Source: Candidatus Falkowbacteria bacterium
GTDB taxonomy: Bacteria > Patescibacteriota > Patescibacteriia > UBA11705 > JABHMO01
NCBI GenBank assembly: GCA_018674305.1
Contig: JABHAL010000002.1
Location: forward strand, 1,286 to 65,285
DNA length: 64,000 nucleotides
Direction of reading: 5' to 3'
The position numbers were made by a program, and so were the translations under genes. Position 1 is the stretch's first letter. Every line of letters starts with the position of its first letter. Positions 48,999 through 58,219 of the stretch are shown piece by piece. The notes beneath the pieces are model-generated. The model saw nothing but the letters and a program-made list of their open reading frames with translations, was not told the DNA's origin and made no database searches.

Positions 48999-51218
48999 AT
49001 GTCCAGATGGCTAAAGACAATTATTACTGTTATTATTATCATTTTTGCTTGTTCTTGTAACAAAGACAAAAAGGCCAAGAAAAATAAGTCAACTCGTCCT
49101 GAAGTCGCTGAAAAAAACTCCCCTAACTCCAATACTGAACCAGCTCCCCTCTCACAAGAAAAAGAAGCTCCACCAAAGTCAAAAAAAGAAATTTCCGAAG
49201 AAAAGCTTGAACATGTAAAGCATCTTCGCAGAAAACTCGAAAGAAAAGAAAGAACCTTGGCTGGCGCACTTATTACATACAAAGACAAAATTTCTATTTT
49301 TGTTCAAGAAATCAAACAAGAACGTAACCGTAGAAACTTGGTTGAATACAATCAGGCAATTTCAAGTAATTCAATCAAGCATAATCTCGAGGCAATTCAA
49401 AAAGCTGAGGCCTACTGGGGAATTACTAATAGGGAAAAAGTAAAAACAAAACTGGCAATTGTCGACGCAGAAGGAACTGAAAAACTACTTGATCTAGACA
49501 TCACCATGTTTAGCACCATGCCTGAAGATGAAATCGACAAACTACTTGATGAACTTGACCTTGTAATTAATAGAATCCAACCGACAGCCAGAGATCTTGT
49601 TATCACAGACAAGGAAACTGTGCTTACTCCTCTTGATGAGATTTACGAAAAACATATTCGTAAAGAGGAACGTGAGCGAGAAAAAAAGGAAATTGAGCGT
49701 AAAAAAAAAGCTGAAGCTGACCGGTTAGAACGAGAGCGTCAGGTAAAACTAGCAAAAGAAAAAGCGTTAGCAGATACCCAGGCTCGTGCAGCCCTTAATG
49801 CTGAAGCTCGTCGCCAAGCGTTAATTGCTAGGAAACAAGCCGATGAAGAGGCTGCTAGTCAAGAGAGGACTGCCAGACTACAAGCAATCGCCGAGGCTAC
49901 ACGCCAAGCAAAAATTGCCAGACAGCAAATAACAGCCGAAGAAAACCGCATAGCTGATGAAGTAGTAAAACAAATTGAGTATAAGAAACGCGAAGCTGAA
50001 AATCGTGCCCGAGAAAAAGCTGCTGAACTTGCTAGTAAGCAAAAAACAGCAGCAGCGATTGCTAACATCAAAATTATCAAACCCACTATCTGGACTTCTA
50101 TTGCATATTACAGACCTGGGGGTGATGGTGCAGGTTACATCCGTTGGTCAAATGATAGCAAAGCAGTGGCTATCACCACCTCATCAAAAATGACTATTAA
50201 GGGTGTTCCTCAAAGCACAACTTATGAGCTTGAATCTAATTACGATAACAGCGACTATATAACCGACATGATCTGGTCTCAAAGCAAAACCAAAATTGCA
50301 ATCTATTATTCACATTCTTGTGCACTGGAAAGAGGAAACGCCAAGATTGCAATTTACTCGTTAACAAATGATAAAGAGCTCTGGAGGGTGGAAGTCGAAT
50401 GCTCCCAAGCCGCTAGTTTCCTTGGTTGGTTTGGTGATTATATTGTCCTTAAAGCATCCGCTGGGTACAGTAGAAATTTTCACATTTACATTATCAATAC
50501 GAAAACCAAGAAAACTCAATCATTCACAGCTGACGCGATAACCCCAGTAAACAACTCCTCTGTCTTTGCTGCAAGCTCAAAAAGAATAATCCAAGTCAGT
50601 CTTTCTGACAGAACAATTCTAAAAGAGTTTAAGTTTTGTCGAGATGATGACGAGTCTCTTTATTATTCTTTTTGCCCAGGAGAGATTGACATTCATAAAC
50701 TCGCCTACACGAGCGGGCATCTAATTTCATCAGAGTCGCCACAAAACGGAGAAAGTAGCTTCTCCATTTGGGACACAACTTCTGGAAATAAACTCCACTG
50801 GTTTAAAGGTGACGAACCAAGAGATCTTTGGTGGCTAAAAGACGGCAAAACAGCAGTTATTGCTTTGTCGTCTGGCACAATTTTTACAGTAAATGCGAAA
50901 AGTGGATCAATTTACGAGAAAAAGCTCGTAGATGGTGCGATTGGCTTTTATGGCTATAATGTAAACACTTGGTCCACTAAAAAACCTCATCTTGTTATCA
51001 ATAAAAATTCTCCTCAGCACGAAACAGCTCTTAATGAAAAAGCAGGTTCGTACAATACTCTCTTTGTCATGGATATTAGGGACCAACAAACAAAGGCCGT
51101 CTTGGTTATGGAGTCAGATATCTCAGATTCTGTCAGACTTTCATGGAGCCCAAACGGCAAGTACCTCGCAATTGGAGACAAGGGACTCCTTCATGTTTTC
51201 AATGTAAGCAATATTTGA
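48999..51218 (+). CDS. lipoprotein with the shared domain, a long charged coiled-coil and a C-terminal beta-propeller; cassette member 4
   Basis: Signal peptide with FACSC|NK. Central AIQKAEAYWGI...LDLDITMF...VINRIQPTARDLVITDKETVLTPLDEIYEK. A ~150-aa E/K/R/A-rich helix follows, then WSNDSKAVAI / WSQSKTKIAIYY / WLKDGKTAVIAL / WSPNGKYLAIGD blades. Terminator at 51223-51251. Confidence 0.6.
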   Translation: MSRWLKTIITVIIIIFACSCNKDKKAKKNKSTRPEVAEKNSPNSNTEPAPLSQEKEAPPKSKKEISEEKLEHVKHLRRKLERKERTLAGALITYKDKISIFVQEIKQERNRRNLVEYNQAISSNSIKHNLEAIQKAEAYWGITNREKVKTKLAIVDAEGTEKLLDLDITMFSTMPEDEIDKLLDELDLVINRIQPTARDLVITDKETVLTPLDEIYEKHIRKEEREREKKEIERKKKAEADRLERERQVKLAKEKALADTQARAALNAEARRQALIARKQADEEAASQERTARLQAIAEATRQAKIARQQITAEENRIADEVVKQIEYKKREAENRAREKAAELASKQKTAAAIANIKIIKPTIWTSIAYYRPGGDGAGYIRWSNDSKAVAITTSSKMTIKGVPQSTTYELESNYDNSDYITDMIWSQSKTKIAIYYSHSCALERGNAKIAIYSLTNDKELWRVEVECSQAASFLGWFGDYIVLKASAGYSRNFHIYIINTKTKKTQSFTADAITPVNNSSVFAASSKRIIQVSLSDRTILKEFKFCRDDDESLYYSFCPGEIDIHKLAYTSGHLISSESPQNGESSFSIWDTTSGNKLHWFKGDEPRDLWWLKDGKTAVIALSSGTIFTVNAKSGSIYEKKLVDGAIGFYGYNVNTWSTKKPHLVINKNSPQHETALNEKAGSYNTLFVMDIRDQQTKAVLVMESDISDSVRLSWSPNGKYLAIGDKGLLHVFNVSNI

Positions 51219-51315
51219 CAATAAACCCACCTTCGACAAGGTGGGTTTTTACTTGACAAAACCATTAAAATGTATAAAACTAGTATGAAAGGTTGATCTT
51301 TAACAGAAGGAGGTC

Positions 51316-52167
51316 GTGATGACGAAAAGATTAAAATTCTCCAGACTTATCCTAGGTATTATCTGTATCGCACTTGCAATTCTGATTTTCATGGCCTTAA
51401 TTCGTTTTGGCACTGTATTTGCTTTTCTCATGATCTATCCGTGGATTTCCGACGCCTTGCAATCCTCTGCTGGAATGAATCACTGGCTAGCAAGTATAAT
51501 CGCCTTTGTTCCGGCAGTCGTCGGGGTAATCGGCATTGGGATGCTTTTCTCCTGGAATAGGAAAAGACGAACTATCGGCATGGTCATGGCGGGTATCGCC
51601 TATCTCACCACGTGCGCCTTTATGTACTCCATTGAGGCAGATCGCTCATTTGACCCCATTACAGGAAAAGCAAATAAATGCTATGCTGCAGGCTTAAACG
51701 GTTATGAAGAAATTTCTTGTGAATGGAAATTCCATCCCGAGACTGGCAATCCCGTCATCACAGACCTTGGTGAAATTAAAAAAATCATCACCTCAATGAA
51801 TGTTTCAGAAAGTGAACCAAGGATCTCCAATAAGGTCCGTCCAAACAAAAACCTACGTTTCTTCTCTGTTGATGGAACACCTATGTATTGGTACTATGAA
51901 TTTCCAGATGGCGTAATTGACATGTTTGACTCCCCTGGTAGACATCCACACTTCAACACAGTACTGCAGCCCATCACGCCAGAAATTGTAAAAATCGTTC
52001 TTTATCCTCAAGATAATTGGGATATTGAAAGAGTTAATTTGCCAGACTCAAAGCCCATCAGCCAGGGTGACCCAAAAGCGCTTTCATCTGCCAACAGCGG
52101 AAACGATAGCGCTATGGAAGAACTTCGCGATCTCTATATCGAGAGAAAAAAGCAACTAAAACAGTAA
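51316..52167 (+). CDS. membrane protein with 3-4 N-terminal TM helices and an extracytoplasmic C-domain
   Basis: 283-aa ORF with its own promoter-like TTGACA at 51253 and a GGAGG Shine-Dalgarno. Confidence 0.45.
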   Translation: MMTKRLKFSRLILGIICIALAILIFMALIRFGTVFAFLMIYPWISDALQSSAGMNHWLASIIAFVPAVVGVIGIGMLFSWNRKRRTIGMVMAGIAYLTTCAFMYSIEADRSFDPITGKANKCYAAGLNGYEEISCEWKFHPETGNPVITDLGEIKKIITSMNVSESEPRISNKVRPNKNLRFFSVDGTPMYWYYEFPDGVIDMFDSPGRHPHFNTVLQPITPEIVKIVLYPQDNWDIERVNLPDSKPISQGDPKALSSANSGNDSAMEELRDLYIERKKQLKQ

Positions 52168-52227
52168 ATCACAAACACAAGGCCCACCGTAACACGGAGG
52201 GTCTTTTTTATACTTGGTAATTAAAAT

Positions 52228-53505
52228 TTAATGCGTCGCGCAACTGATACATGGATCGTATGCCCGAATCAAAGTTTTTATTAACGAATCTCTCTTCTTA
52301 TCTGACAACTTTTTAATTTGCGGCAAATATTTCTCAAGATCTTTTTCCAAATTAGCCAAAAACATAGCGGTTGGTGTAATTACATTGCAATGAATAATTT
52401 CGCCCACCTTGTTAAATTCATATTCATGATACAAGATCCCACGAGGTGCCTCCATCACAGCATAACCCTTACCAGCCTTAACTATGAAATCAACTTTTAG
52501 GTTTTTCATAAACTTCGGTTTTGCTCGCAGTTTCTCATATTGGACAAAAAGTTTATTTATCTCCTCAATTGAATTAATAATCTCAGTTGTCTGGGCTACT
52601 ATATTATAGAATGAATTATAACACGGCAAGTTCACTTTTAGCTTATTCCAAGAAGCTTTTGCCTCTTTGTTCAGCTGAGCATAATTATTGTTCACTCGAG
52701 CAAGAGCGCCAACCATGAACGTTTCTTTCATATGATGTGAGCGTTTAACTTTTTCATATGGTAAAACAGTTTCTTGCACGTCACTTAGGAAATCCTCGAC
52801 TTTATCATAACTATCATTATCTGAGAAATAAATGCTCCCATCATAAACTGCATATTCATTTTTATTTTTCAAAGAAACATAATTTGTTGGTCTTTGAAAC
52901 TTTGGTAATTTATATTTCAAAACCACATCATGAATTTGCCTAGCTTGTAATAGAACTTGCTTTTGTTTTTGCATTAATTCTTTAAGTTCAACAAAGTCTG
53001 GCTCAACATTAAATCCACCAACTACACTATTAATCGGATGAACGGTTCGACCTCCAACAACTCGCGCTAACTGCACTCCCCAATCACGAACTTGAAGAGC
53101 AATTTTTGACTCTTTGGTATACTTATTTATCAAAGCAAAATTATTACTAACACCTACGATATCAGGAAACGAGAAAAAGAAAGCATGTACTGCATGACTA
53201 TGAATTATTTGCGCATTTTCTAGGATCTTACGAAGCAATATTATTTCCGGAGTTACCCTGACACTAAAAGCTGCCTCAACGGCCTTAATTGAAGTTAAAT
53301 TATGCACAATCGGGCATACACCACAAATCCGCGAAGTTACAATCGGAGCTTCGTAATATTTTCTATTTAATAATATTCCTTCGATCAAACGAGCTCCCTC
53401 TTCTGTGTCCACGCGAGCTTGAGCAAAATCATTACCAAGCAAAGCCCCAACGAAACTCAGGTGGCCTTCAGTTTTGGCGATGTGATTTATTTTAATAGTT
53501 TTCAT
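52228..53505 (-). CDS. [NiFe] hydrogenase large subunit (group 3b-like)
   Basis: N-terminal RICGVCPIVH (L1, RxCGxCxxxH). The C-terminus ends at DPCISCATH (L2), with no C-terminal extension. Confidence 0.8.
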   Translation of the reverse strand: MKTIKINHIAKTEGHLSFVGALLGNDFAQARVDTEEGARLIEGILLNRKYYEAPIVTSRICGVCPIVHNLTSIKAVEAAFSVRVTPEIILLRKILENAQIIHSHAVHAFFFSFPDIVGVSNNFALINKYTKESKIALQVRDWGVQLARVVGGRTVHPINSVVGGFNVEPDFVELKELMQKQKQVLLQARQIHDVVLKYKLPKFQRPTNYVSLKNKNEYAVYDGSIYFSDNDSYDKVEDFLSDVQETVLPYEKVKRSHHMKETFMVGALARVNNNYAQLNKEAKASWNKLKVNLPCYNSFYNIVAQTTEIINSIEEINKLFVQYEKLRAKPKFMKNLKVDFIVKAGKGYAVMEAPRGILYHEYEFNKVGEIIHCNVITPTAMFLANLEKDLEKYLPQIKKLSDKKRDSLIKTLIRAYDPCISCATH

Positions 53506-54524
53506 AAAGGATATTTTATTTTACCTGTATTAACAATTAACATTTTTTTATCTTTCGGTAATTTGTTTTTCAATTGAAGCATCAACGCCAACCCAGCAAT
53601 ACCAGAGGCCTCACAATCTATTTGTTGGCACGCAGCAACTCTCAAGGCCTCATCAATAAATTGTTCTTTAACGTTATAAACATCCGATTTCGAACCACAA
53701 TAACCAGCATAGCGATAAAGTTTAATCCACTGCTCATCATAATTAACAAAGGGCAAATGAGGGGAAAACAATTTATTAGCCTTAGTCTTCGGATTGTTAG
53801 TGGTCGACCCAAAAAAATTACAAGCTCTCAATTTATTCACTCTACCCCTAAACCTTGGGTCATGATGACTTGTCACAACCTCCCGTTTATTAATATTTAA
53901 AATATTTTCAAATAAATGTCCCGACCCAAACGGAACAAAACAATAGTCAGGAGAACTGTTAATAATTTCATAACTTAACCAGTCATAATATCTAGTTGTC
54001 GGATCAAGTGCTTCACTTGACGTAATATCGAAACCATTTTTATTTTTTGTTAATCGCAAAATTTCATTCCAAGAAAACGCTTTTTCACTTAAATCAGTTT
54101 TAAATATCTTGCAACCAGTTTTATACAAAAATTTCAGAATTTCATCATCAATGTGATTATCAACTAGTACTCGCAAATTAGGTAATTTATACTTTTTCAA
54201 TTGCACCTGAATGGCAATCGCTGCTGAACCTGATGAGATTATTGAAACATCGGGTAATTTACTTATTTGTCCCCCTTTTTTTGACAACAAGAAATCACGA
54301 TAAGTCACTACCATTTCCCAAGCCATTCTATCTTTATGCGTCCCCGTTGGATTATGACTTTCATCCTTCAACCAAACATTATTAAATCCAGGTACTTTTA
54401 TTTTGTAAGTTGGAGTAGCGGGAAACTTCGGATCATCAACTGGAAATTCGGGCTTTTCTGGATTATTTTCCGATGCAATTACAATTGACTTTAATATTTT
54501 TTCTTCTTGCTTGGTTAATGCCAT
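53502..54524 (-). CDS. PLP-dependent fold-type-II enzyme (TrpB/ThrC/CysK-like) embedded in the hydrogenase operon
   Basis: LKDESHNPTGTHKDRMAW matches the K-x-E-x-x-NPTGSFKDR PLP-lysine signature. Its stop overlaps the large-subunit start. Confidence 0.5.
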   Translation of the reverse strand: MALTKQEEKILKSIVIASENNPEKPEFPVDDPKFPATPTYKIKVPGFNNVWLKDESHNPTGTHKDRMAWEMVVTYRDFLLSKKGGQISKLPDVSIISSGSAAIAIQVQLKKYKLPNLRVLVDNHIDDEILKFLYKTGCKIFKTDLSEKAFSWNEILRLTKNKNGFDITSSEALDPTTRYYDWLSYEIINSSPDYCFVPFGSGHLFENILNINKREVVTSHHDPRFRGRVNKLRACNFFGSTTNNPKTKANKLFSPHLPFVNYDEQWIKLYRYAGYCGSKSDVYNVKEQFIDEALRVAACQQIDCEASGIAGLALMLQLKNKLPKDKKMLIVNTGKIKYPL

Positions 54525-54537
54525 AAATAATTTCTAA

Positions 54538-55305
54538 TTATTTTCTAAGTTTATTTCTTTTCTTCCAAACTAACTCTTTAACGCCAAAAACTTCAAAAAA
54601 TTTAGAGATTTCTTTATCTGAATATTTTTCTTTTAATTTTTTGATTAAATTATCTACTTCCGCATCTTCAACTAAACCACGACAACCCCAACAGCCTTGC
54701 ATTGATTTTGTACAAATAGCATCACATCCGCCTTGCGTAATTGGCCCCATACAGACCTCACCATATTGCAAAACACACTTTTGTCCCCTCACTTGGCACT
54801 CATAACAAACTGGATTTTGAGTAATAGCTGGTTCTTTGCCAATTAATAGCTGGTATACAAAATCATAAAATTCTTCTCCTGTTATTGGACATCCTGGGAT
54901 AGAAAAATCCACCTTAACGTATGCACTTAGTGGCTTGACATCCAAATTCTCAATTCCCTTTTCACCTTGATAAACATAATCATGAATTTTGTTTTTATCT
55001 TGATACATTTTTAAATGATAAATTCCACCCATATGTGCGCAACTACCAATTGAGATGACATACTTTGAATTTTTCCTAACCAACTTTAACTGTTTGATAT
55101 CTCGCGTGGTCAAAGGGCTACCTTCAACAAAAACAATATCGTACTTTTCATCTGGTGAGTGTTCGTCCTCTTCAAATAAACGAAAATTTACTATTTCAAT
55201 TTTTTCATTCAATTCAAGTAACTTATTTGGTAAATCTAAAATCGCAACACAGCAACCTTCACAGCCGGTCAATGGGAATATTCCTACTTTTATTTTGTTA
55301 TTCAT
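54538..55305 (-). CDS. [NiFe] hydrogenase small (delta) subunit
   Basis: N-terminal GCEGC proximal-cluster motif plus further Cys ligands (CxxC, CWGC). Confidence 0.75.
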   Translation of the reverse strand: MNNKIKVGIFPLTGCEGCCVAILDLPNKLLELNEKIEIVNFRLFEEDEHSPDEKYDIVFVEGSPLTTRDIKQLKLVRKNSKYVISIGSCAHMGGIYHLKMYQDKNKIHDYVYQGEKGIENLDVKPLSAYVKVDFSIPGCPITGEEFYDFVYQLLIGKEPAITQNPVCYECQVRGQKCVLQYGEVCMGPITQGGCDAICTKSMQGCWGCRGLVEDAEVDNLIKKLKEKYSDKEISKFFEVFGVKELVWKKRNKLRK

Positions 55306-55338
55306 AGTAATAAGTAAAATGTAAAAGGTAAAAAGTAA

Positions 55339-55707
55339 TCACAACTGTTTTTGAATTGATTTTATCAAACCATTTATAAGTCTTTTCACCTCATCTGCAT
55401 GATTTACTAACTCTTCACAAAAACTGCTTTCTAATATATTAAGACCTCTTGAAACAAGTAAAAAACTTTGCACTTCTGACAACGAACCCCTCGCTTGATA
55501 ATAAAATCGAATCTTATCTTTGAAATAATAGCGAGAAAATCCTTCAGCAATGTTGGCGGTGATCGATATTGAAGCTCTTCGGATTTGACTTATAAGTCCA
55601 AATTTTTCTTCAGCAGGAAAATCCGATGTCACCTCATAAACTTTTAAAGTAAATTTATATGCACGTTGCCAAGCCTTTAAATCGTAATAATTATTTATTT
55701 TATTCAT
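55339..55707 (-). CDS. four-helix-bundle protein (TIGR02436 family, '23S rRNA intervening-sequence protein')
   Basis: DLKAWQRAYKFTLKVYEVTSDFPAEEKFGLISQIRRASISITANIAEGFSRY is the canonical family signature. Confidence 0.75.
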   Translation of the reverse strand: MNKINNYYDLKAWQRAYKFTLKVYEVTSDFPAEEKFGLISQIRRASISITANIAEGFSRYYFKDKIRFYYQARGSLSEVQSFLLVSRGLNILESSFCEELVNHADEVKRLINGLIKSIQKQL

Positions 55708-55740
55708 AACAGTCCCTTATTACCCTTTACACTTTACTGG

Positions 55741-56214
55741 TTACTTTTTACGTTGTTCCAAAATTGCCTTTAATTCTTCAGGTCGATTGGTTACAAAAAA
55801 GTATGGTCGTCTTTGGCCAGCAACTGTAATAACTAAACCTTTACCTCCCCGAGGCACATAACCAACTGTTTTGTCACGACCAAATCGAATACCGTAACCT
55901 AAATAATTTTGAAACTTATACTCACTAAATTCTATTTTTTTTATTTTACTTATTAAAATACGCTTGCGGAATTTCATAAACCCGAAGATTAAATGCGTAT
56001 CACTTACCTTGATGTTTAACTCTCGAAAAGACGCCAAAATGAAAACATTCAACAATAAAATAATTGCTAATACAGTTTTTGAAGCGTTGTCCAAAGCAAT
56101 TGGTTTATCTGTGTACTGCGACATTAGAATTATAAGAAAAATCAAACAGGTGATTACCAGAATCGCAGTAATTAAATGATAAGTTTGAACCTTGTCTTTG
56201 AAAATTGTTGGCAT
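55741..56214 (-). CDS. bacterial PH-domain (DUF304-like) membrane protein
   Basis: Two TM helices followed by a beta-rich ~90-aa domain. Confidence 0.4.
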   Translation of the reverse strand: MPTIFKDKVQTYHLITAILVITCLIFLIILMSQYTDKPIALDNASKTVLAIILLLNVFILASFRELNIKVSDTHLIFGFMKFRKRILISKIKKIEFSEYKFQNYLGYGIRFGRDKTVGYVPRGGKGLVITVAGQRRPYFFVTNRPEELKAILEQRKK

Positions 56215-56234
56215 ATTTTTTATCTATTCACTCA

Positions 56235-57032
56235 TTAAAAATAATTTACACTTCTTAAAAATTCATAATTAAACACAGGACCATCTTTGCAAATATACTT
56301 GGACCCAATAGCACAATGCTGACACACTCCTACTCCGCAATGCATTCTTTTTTCCAATGAAAAATACATATTAGCTGGCTCAACCTTTTTGGCCAAAAGT
56401 TCTTTCACAACGAACTTGTACATTATCGCTGGCCCACAGACAAACACTAACGAATTCTTCAATAACTTCTTTTTCTTTATTAAGTCCGTAACAAATCCTT
56501 TTTGTTTAGCAAACCCGGGAATAGTTTCATTTTCCAAAATCAATCCAAAATCATGTTTGTTTTTTATTTTTGAATACTCTCTTTTGAATACTAGTGATTC
56601 CTGTGTCGAACAACCAACCAACACTTGAAGCTTAATATCTTTACGATTGCGATTTTCTTCGAACACGCTTCGCAATGGAATAAAACCACAACCACCACCG
56701 ATCAGAATTAAATTTTTAGTAACCTCAGGAAATCCGTTACCAAAAGGTCCACGCACAAAAGCTTTATCGCCAACCTTCAGGTTATTTAATTTAGCAGTTA
56801 ATTCTCCAACACTACGAATTGTTAAACAAAAATGTTTATCTGACAACTTTGGGCTCGAAGAAATTGAAATAGGGCATTCACCAAAACCTGGTAAGCCAAT
56901 TTGCATAAACTGCCCTGCCAAAAATTTTAATTCATTTTGCTTGTCCAAACTAAAATAAAAAGTATTGGTAATTGAATTTTCTTTAACTACTTTAATAACC
57001 TTTGCTGGTTGTAGGGCATATTGATTTTTCAT
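56235..57032 (-). CDS. hydrogenase gamma subunit (FAD/NAD(P)-binding oxidoreductase with a C-terminal 2Fe-2S site)
   Basis: Ferredoxin-reductase-like fold; C-terminal CGVGVCQHC cluster. Confidence 0.7.
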   Translation of the reverse strand: MKNQYALQPAKVIKVVKENSITNTFYFSLDKQNELKFLAGQFMQIGLPGFGECPISISSSPKLSDKHFCLTIRSVGELTAKLNNLKVGDKAFVRGPFGNGFPEVTKNLILIGGGCGFIPLRSVFEENRNRKDIKLQVLVGCSTQESLVFKREYSKIKNKHDFGLILENETIPGFAKQKGFVTDLIKKKKLLKNSLVFVCGPAIMYKFVVKELLAKKVEPANMYFSLEKRMHCGVGVCQHCAIGSKYICKDGPVFNYEFLRSVNYF

Positions 57033-58003
57033 ACTTTTTTCAATTCTTGCAAATTCTCAGCAATATTAATTTCAACTGGGCAAGTTTTGTAACAACGCAT
57101 ACAACTAACACAACCATAGTAATCGAACTCATCAGGAATGCGTACAAATTTATGATAATACCAAAAATATAATTTCTTTTTTACTGAATCCAATTCTTTA
57201 TTACCACCCGTTATTTCAGAAAACTTTGGATAAAAACAGGTTGTCCATTGTCGTGTTTTCACGACTTGATCAAATTCAACCTTATCCTTCTGGTCAAAGC
57301 AAAAACAGGTTGGACAATGGATTGAGCACTTCCCGCAACTAAGACAAATTTTAGCTAATTTATCCCATAGTGGGTGGTCAGGATTGTTCAATATTGCTAG
57401 CTTTTTTTGTTCAATCAAAGGATTGGGACCATGCTCAGGTATAAATCCAGCAAATTCAATATTTTCGTAGTCTTCAATTTTACTTTTTTCCAGAAGCTGT
57501 TGACCTTTTTCCGAGCCGGAAAACAAAATCAAATTACCACTCTTCTGTCTTTCAACAAAAACATCAAAAATAAGATGCTCTAACACATCTTCTTCATATT
57601 TTTTATTAAACACTTTGTATTTACGTAAATCATCCTCAATGCCATTAGTTAAACCAATATAATGTAAGGATTGTCGACGCTTTTGAAAATAATAATCTTT
57701 AGCAAAAACCTGTTCAAATAAAGCCAAGGCTCGTAAATCTAAAATATTTAATCCAAGAATAAAAATAGGCTTTATTTTTTCATTAATAACTTTAGCTACG
57801 TCCTTGGAATATGTCGCCATATCTTGTTTAGCTGGCAAAACAATTGACTTGAATGAATTCAATGGTATGTCACCAGACCAGTCCATATCCCCCGGTTTAA
57901 AAATTTGTTTAACTAAAACCATTTCTCCATCTTTAACTGGAGAATAAACGAAACCCTTTTCTAGCAATTTTGCTACAAATTTATCAAATTCAGACTTTTT
58001 CAT
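57029..58003 (-). CDS. hydrogenase beta subunit (iron-sulfur protein)
   Basis: CLSCGKCSIHCPTC and CVSCMRCYKTCP ferredoxin-type motifs. Overlaps the start of the gamma subunit. Confidence 0.7.
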   Translation of the reverse strand: MKKSEFDKFVAKLLEKGFVYSPVKDGEMVLVKQIFKPGDMDWSGDIPLNSFKSIVLPAKQDMATYSKDVAKVINEKIKPIFILGLNILDLRALALFEQVFAKDYYFQKRRQSLHYIGLTNGIEDDLRKYKVFNKKYEEDVLEHLIFDVFVERQKSGNLILFSGSEKGQQLLEKSKIEDYENIEFAGFIPEHGPNPLIEQKKLAILNNPDHPLWDKLAKICLSCGKCSIHCPTCFCFDQKDKVEFDQVVKTRQWTTCFYPKFSEITGGNKELDSVKKKLYFWYYHKFVRIPDEFDYYGCVSCMRCYKTCPVEINIAENLQELKKV

Positions 58004-58095
58004 ATAATAGGATTATAACAAAATTTTCACCTAAACAAAAGAACGAGCTGTGATTAACCTGCTTACAGCAGGTAGGCTCGTCCTTTCAACTATGA

Positions 58096-58182
58096 CTATT
58101 TACACTTACAGGTCTTACAACCACAGCTGGTACATTTAGATTTACACTTGCAAGGAGCGCATTTACATTTGTCACATTTCAT
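58096..58182 (-). CDS. 28-aa cysteine/lysine-rich peptide MKCDKCKCAPCKCKSKCTSCGCKTCKCK (metallothionein-like); could also be a cryptic TGTAAA repeat
   Basis: ATG at 58180-58182 to TAG at 58096-58098. Ten Cys codons in 28; weak RBS. Located between the hydrogenase operon and dinB. Confidence 0.3.
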   Translation of the reverse strand: MKCDKCKCAPCKCKSKCTSCGCKTCKCK

Positions 58183-58219
58183 AATAATACTTTATTTTTA
58201 TAGTTAAATTATAACACAA

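Noticed and set aside
45518-51218. Diversity-generating retroelement or phase-variation invertase driving the cassette family
   Set aside because: No reverse transcriptase, no template repeats, no recombinase genes, and no inverted-repeat-flanked promoters were seen in or near the locus.
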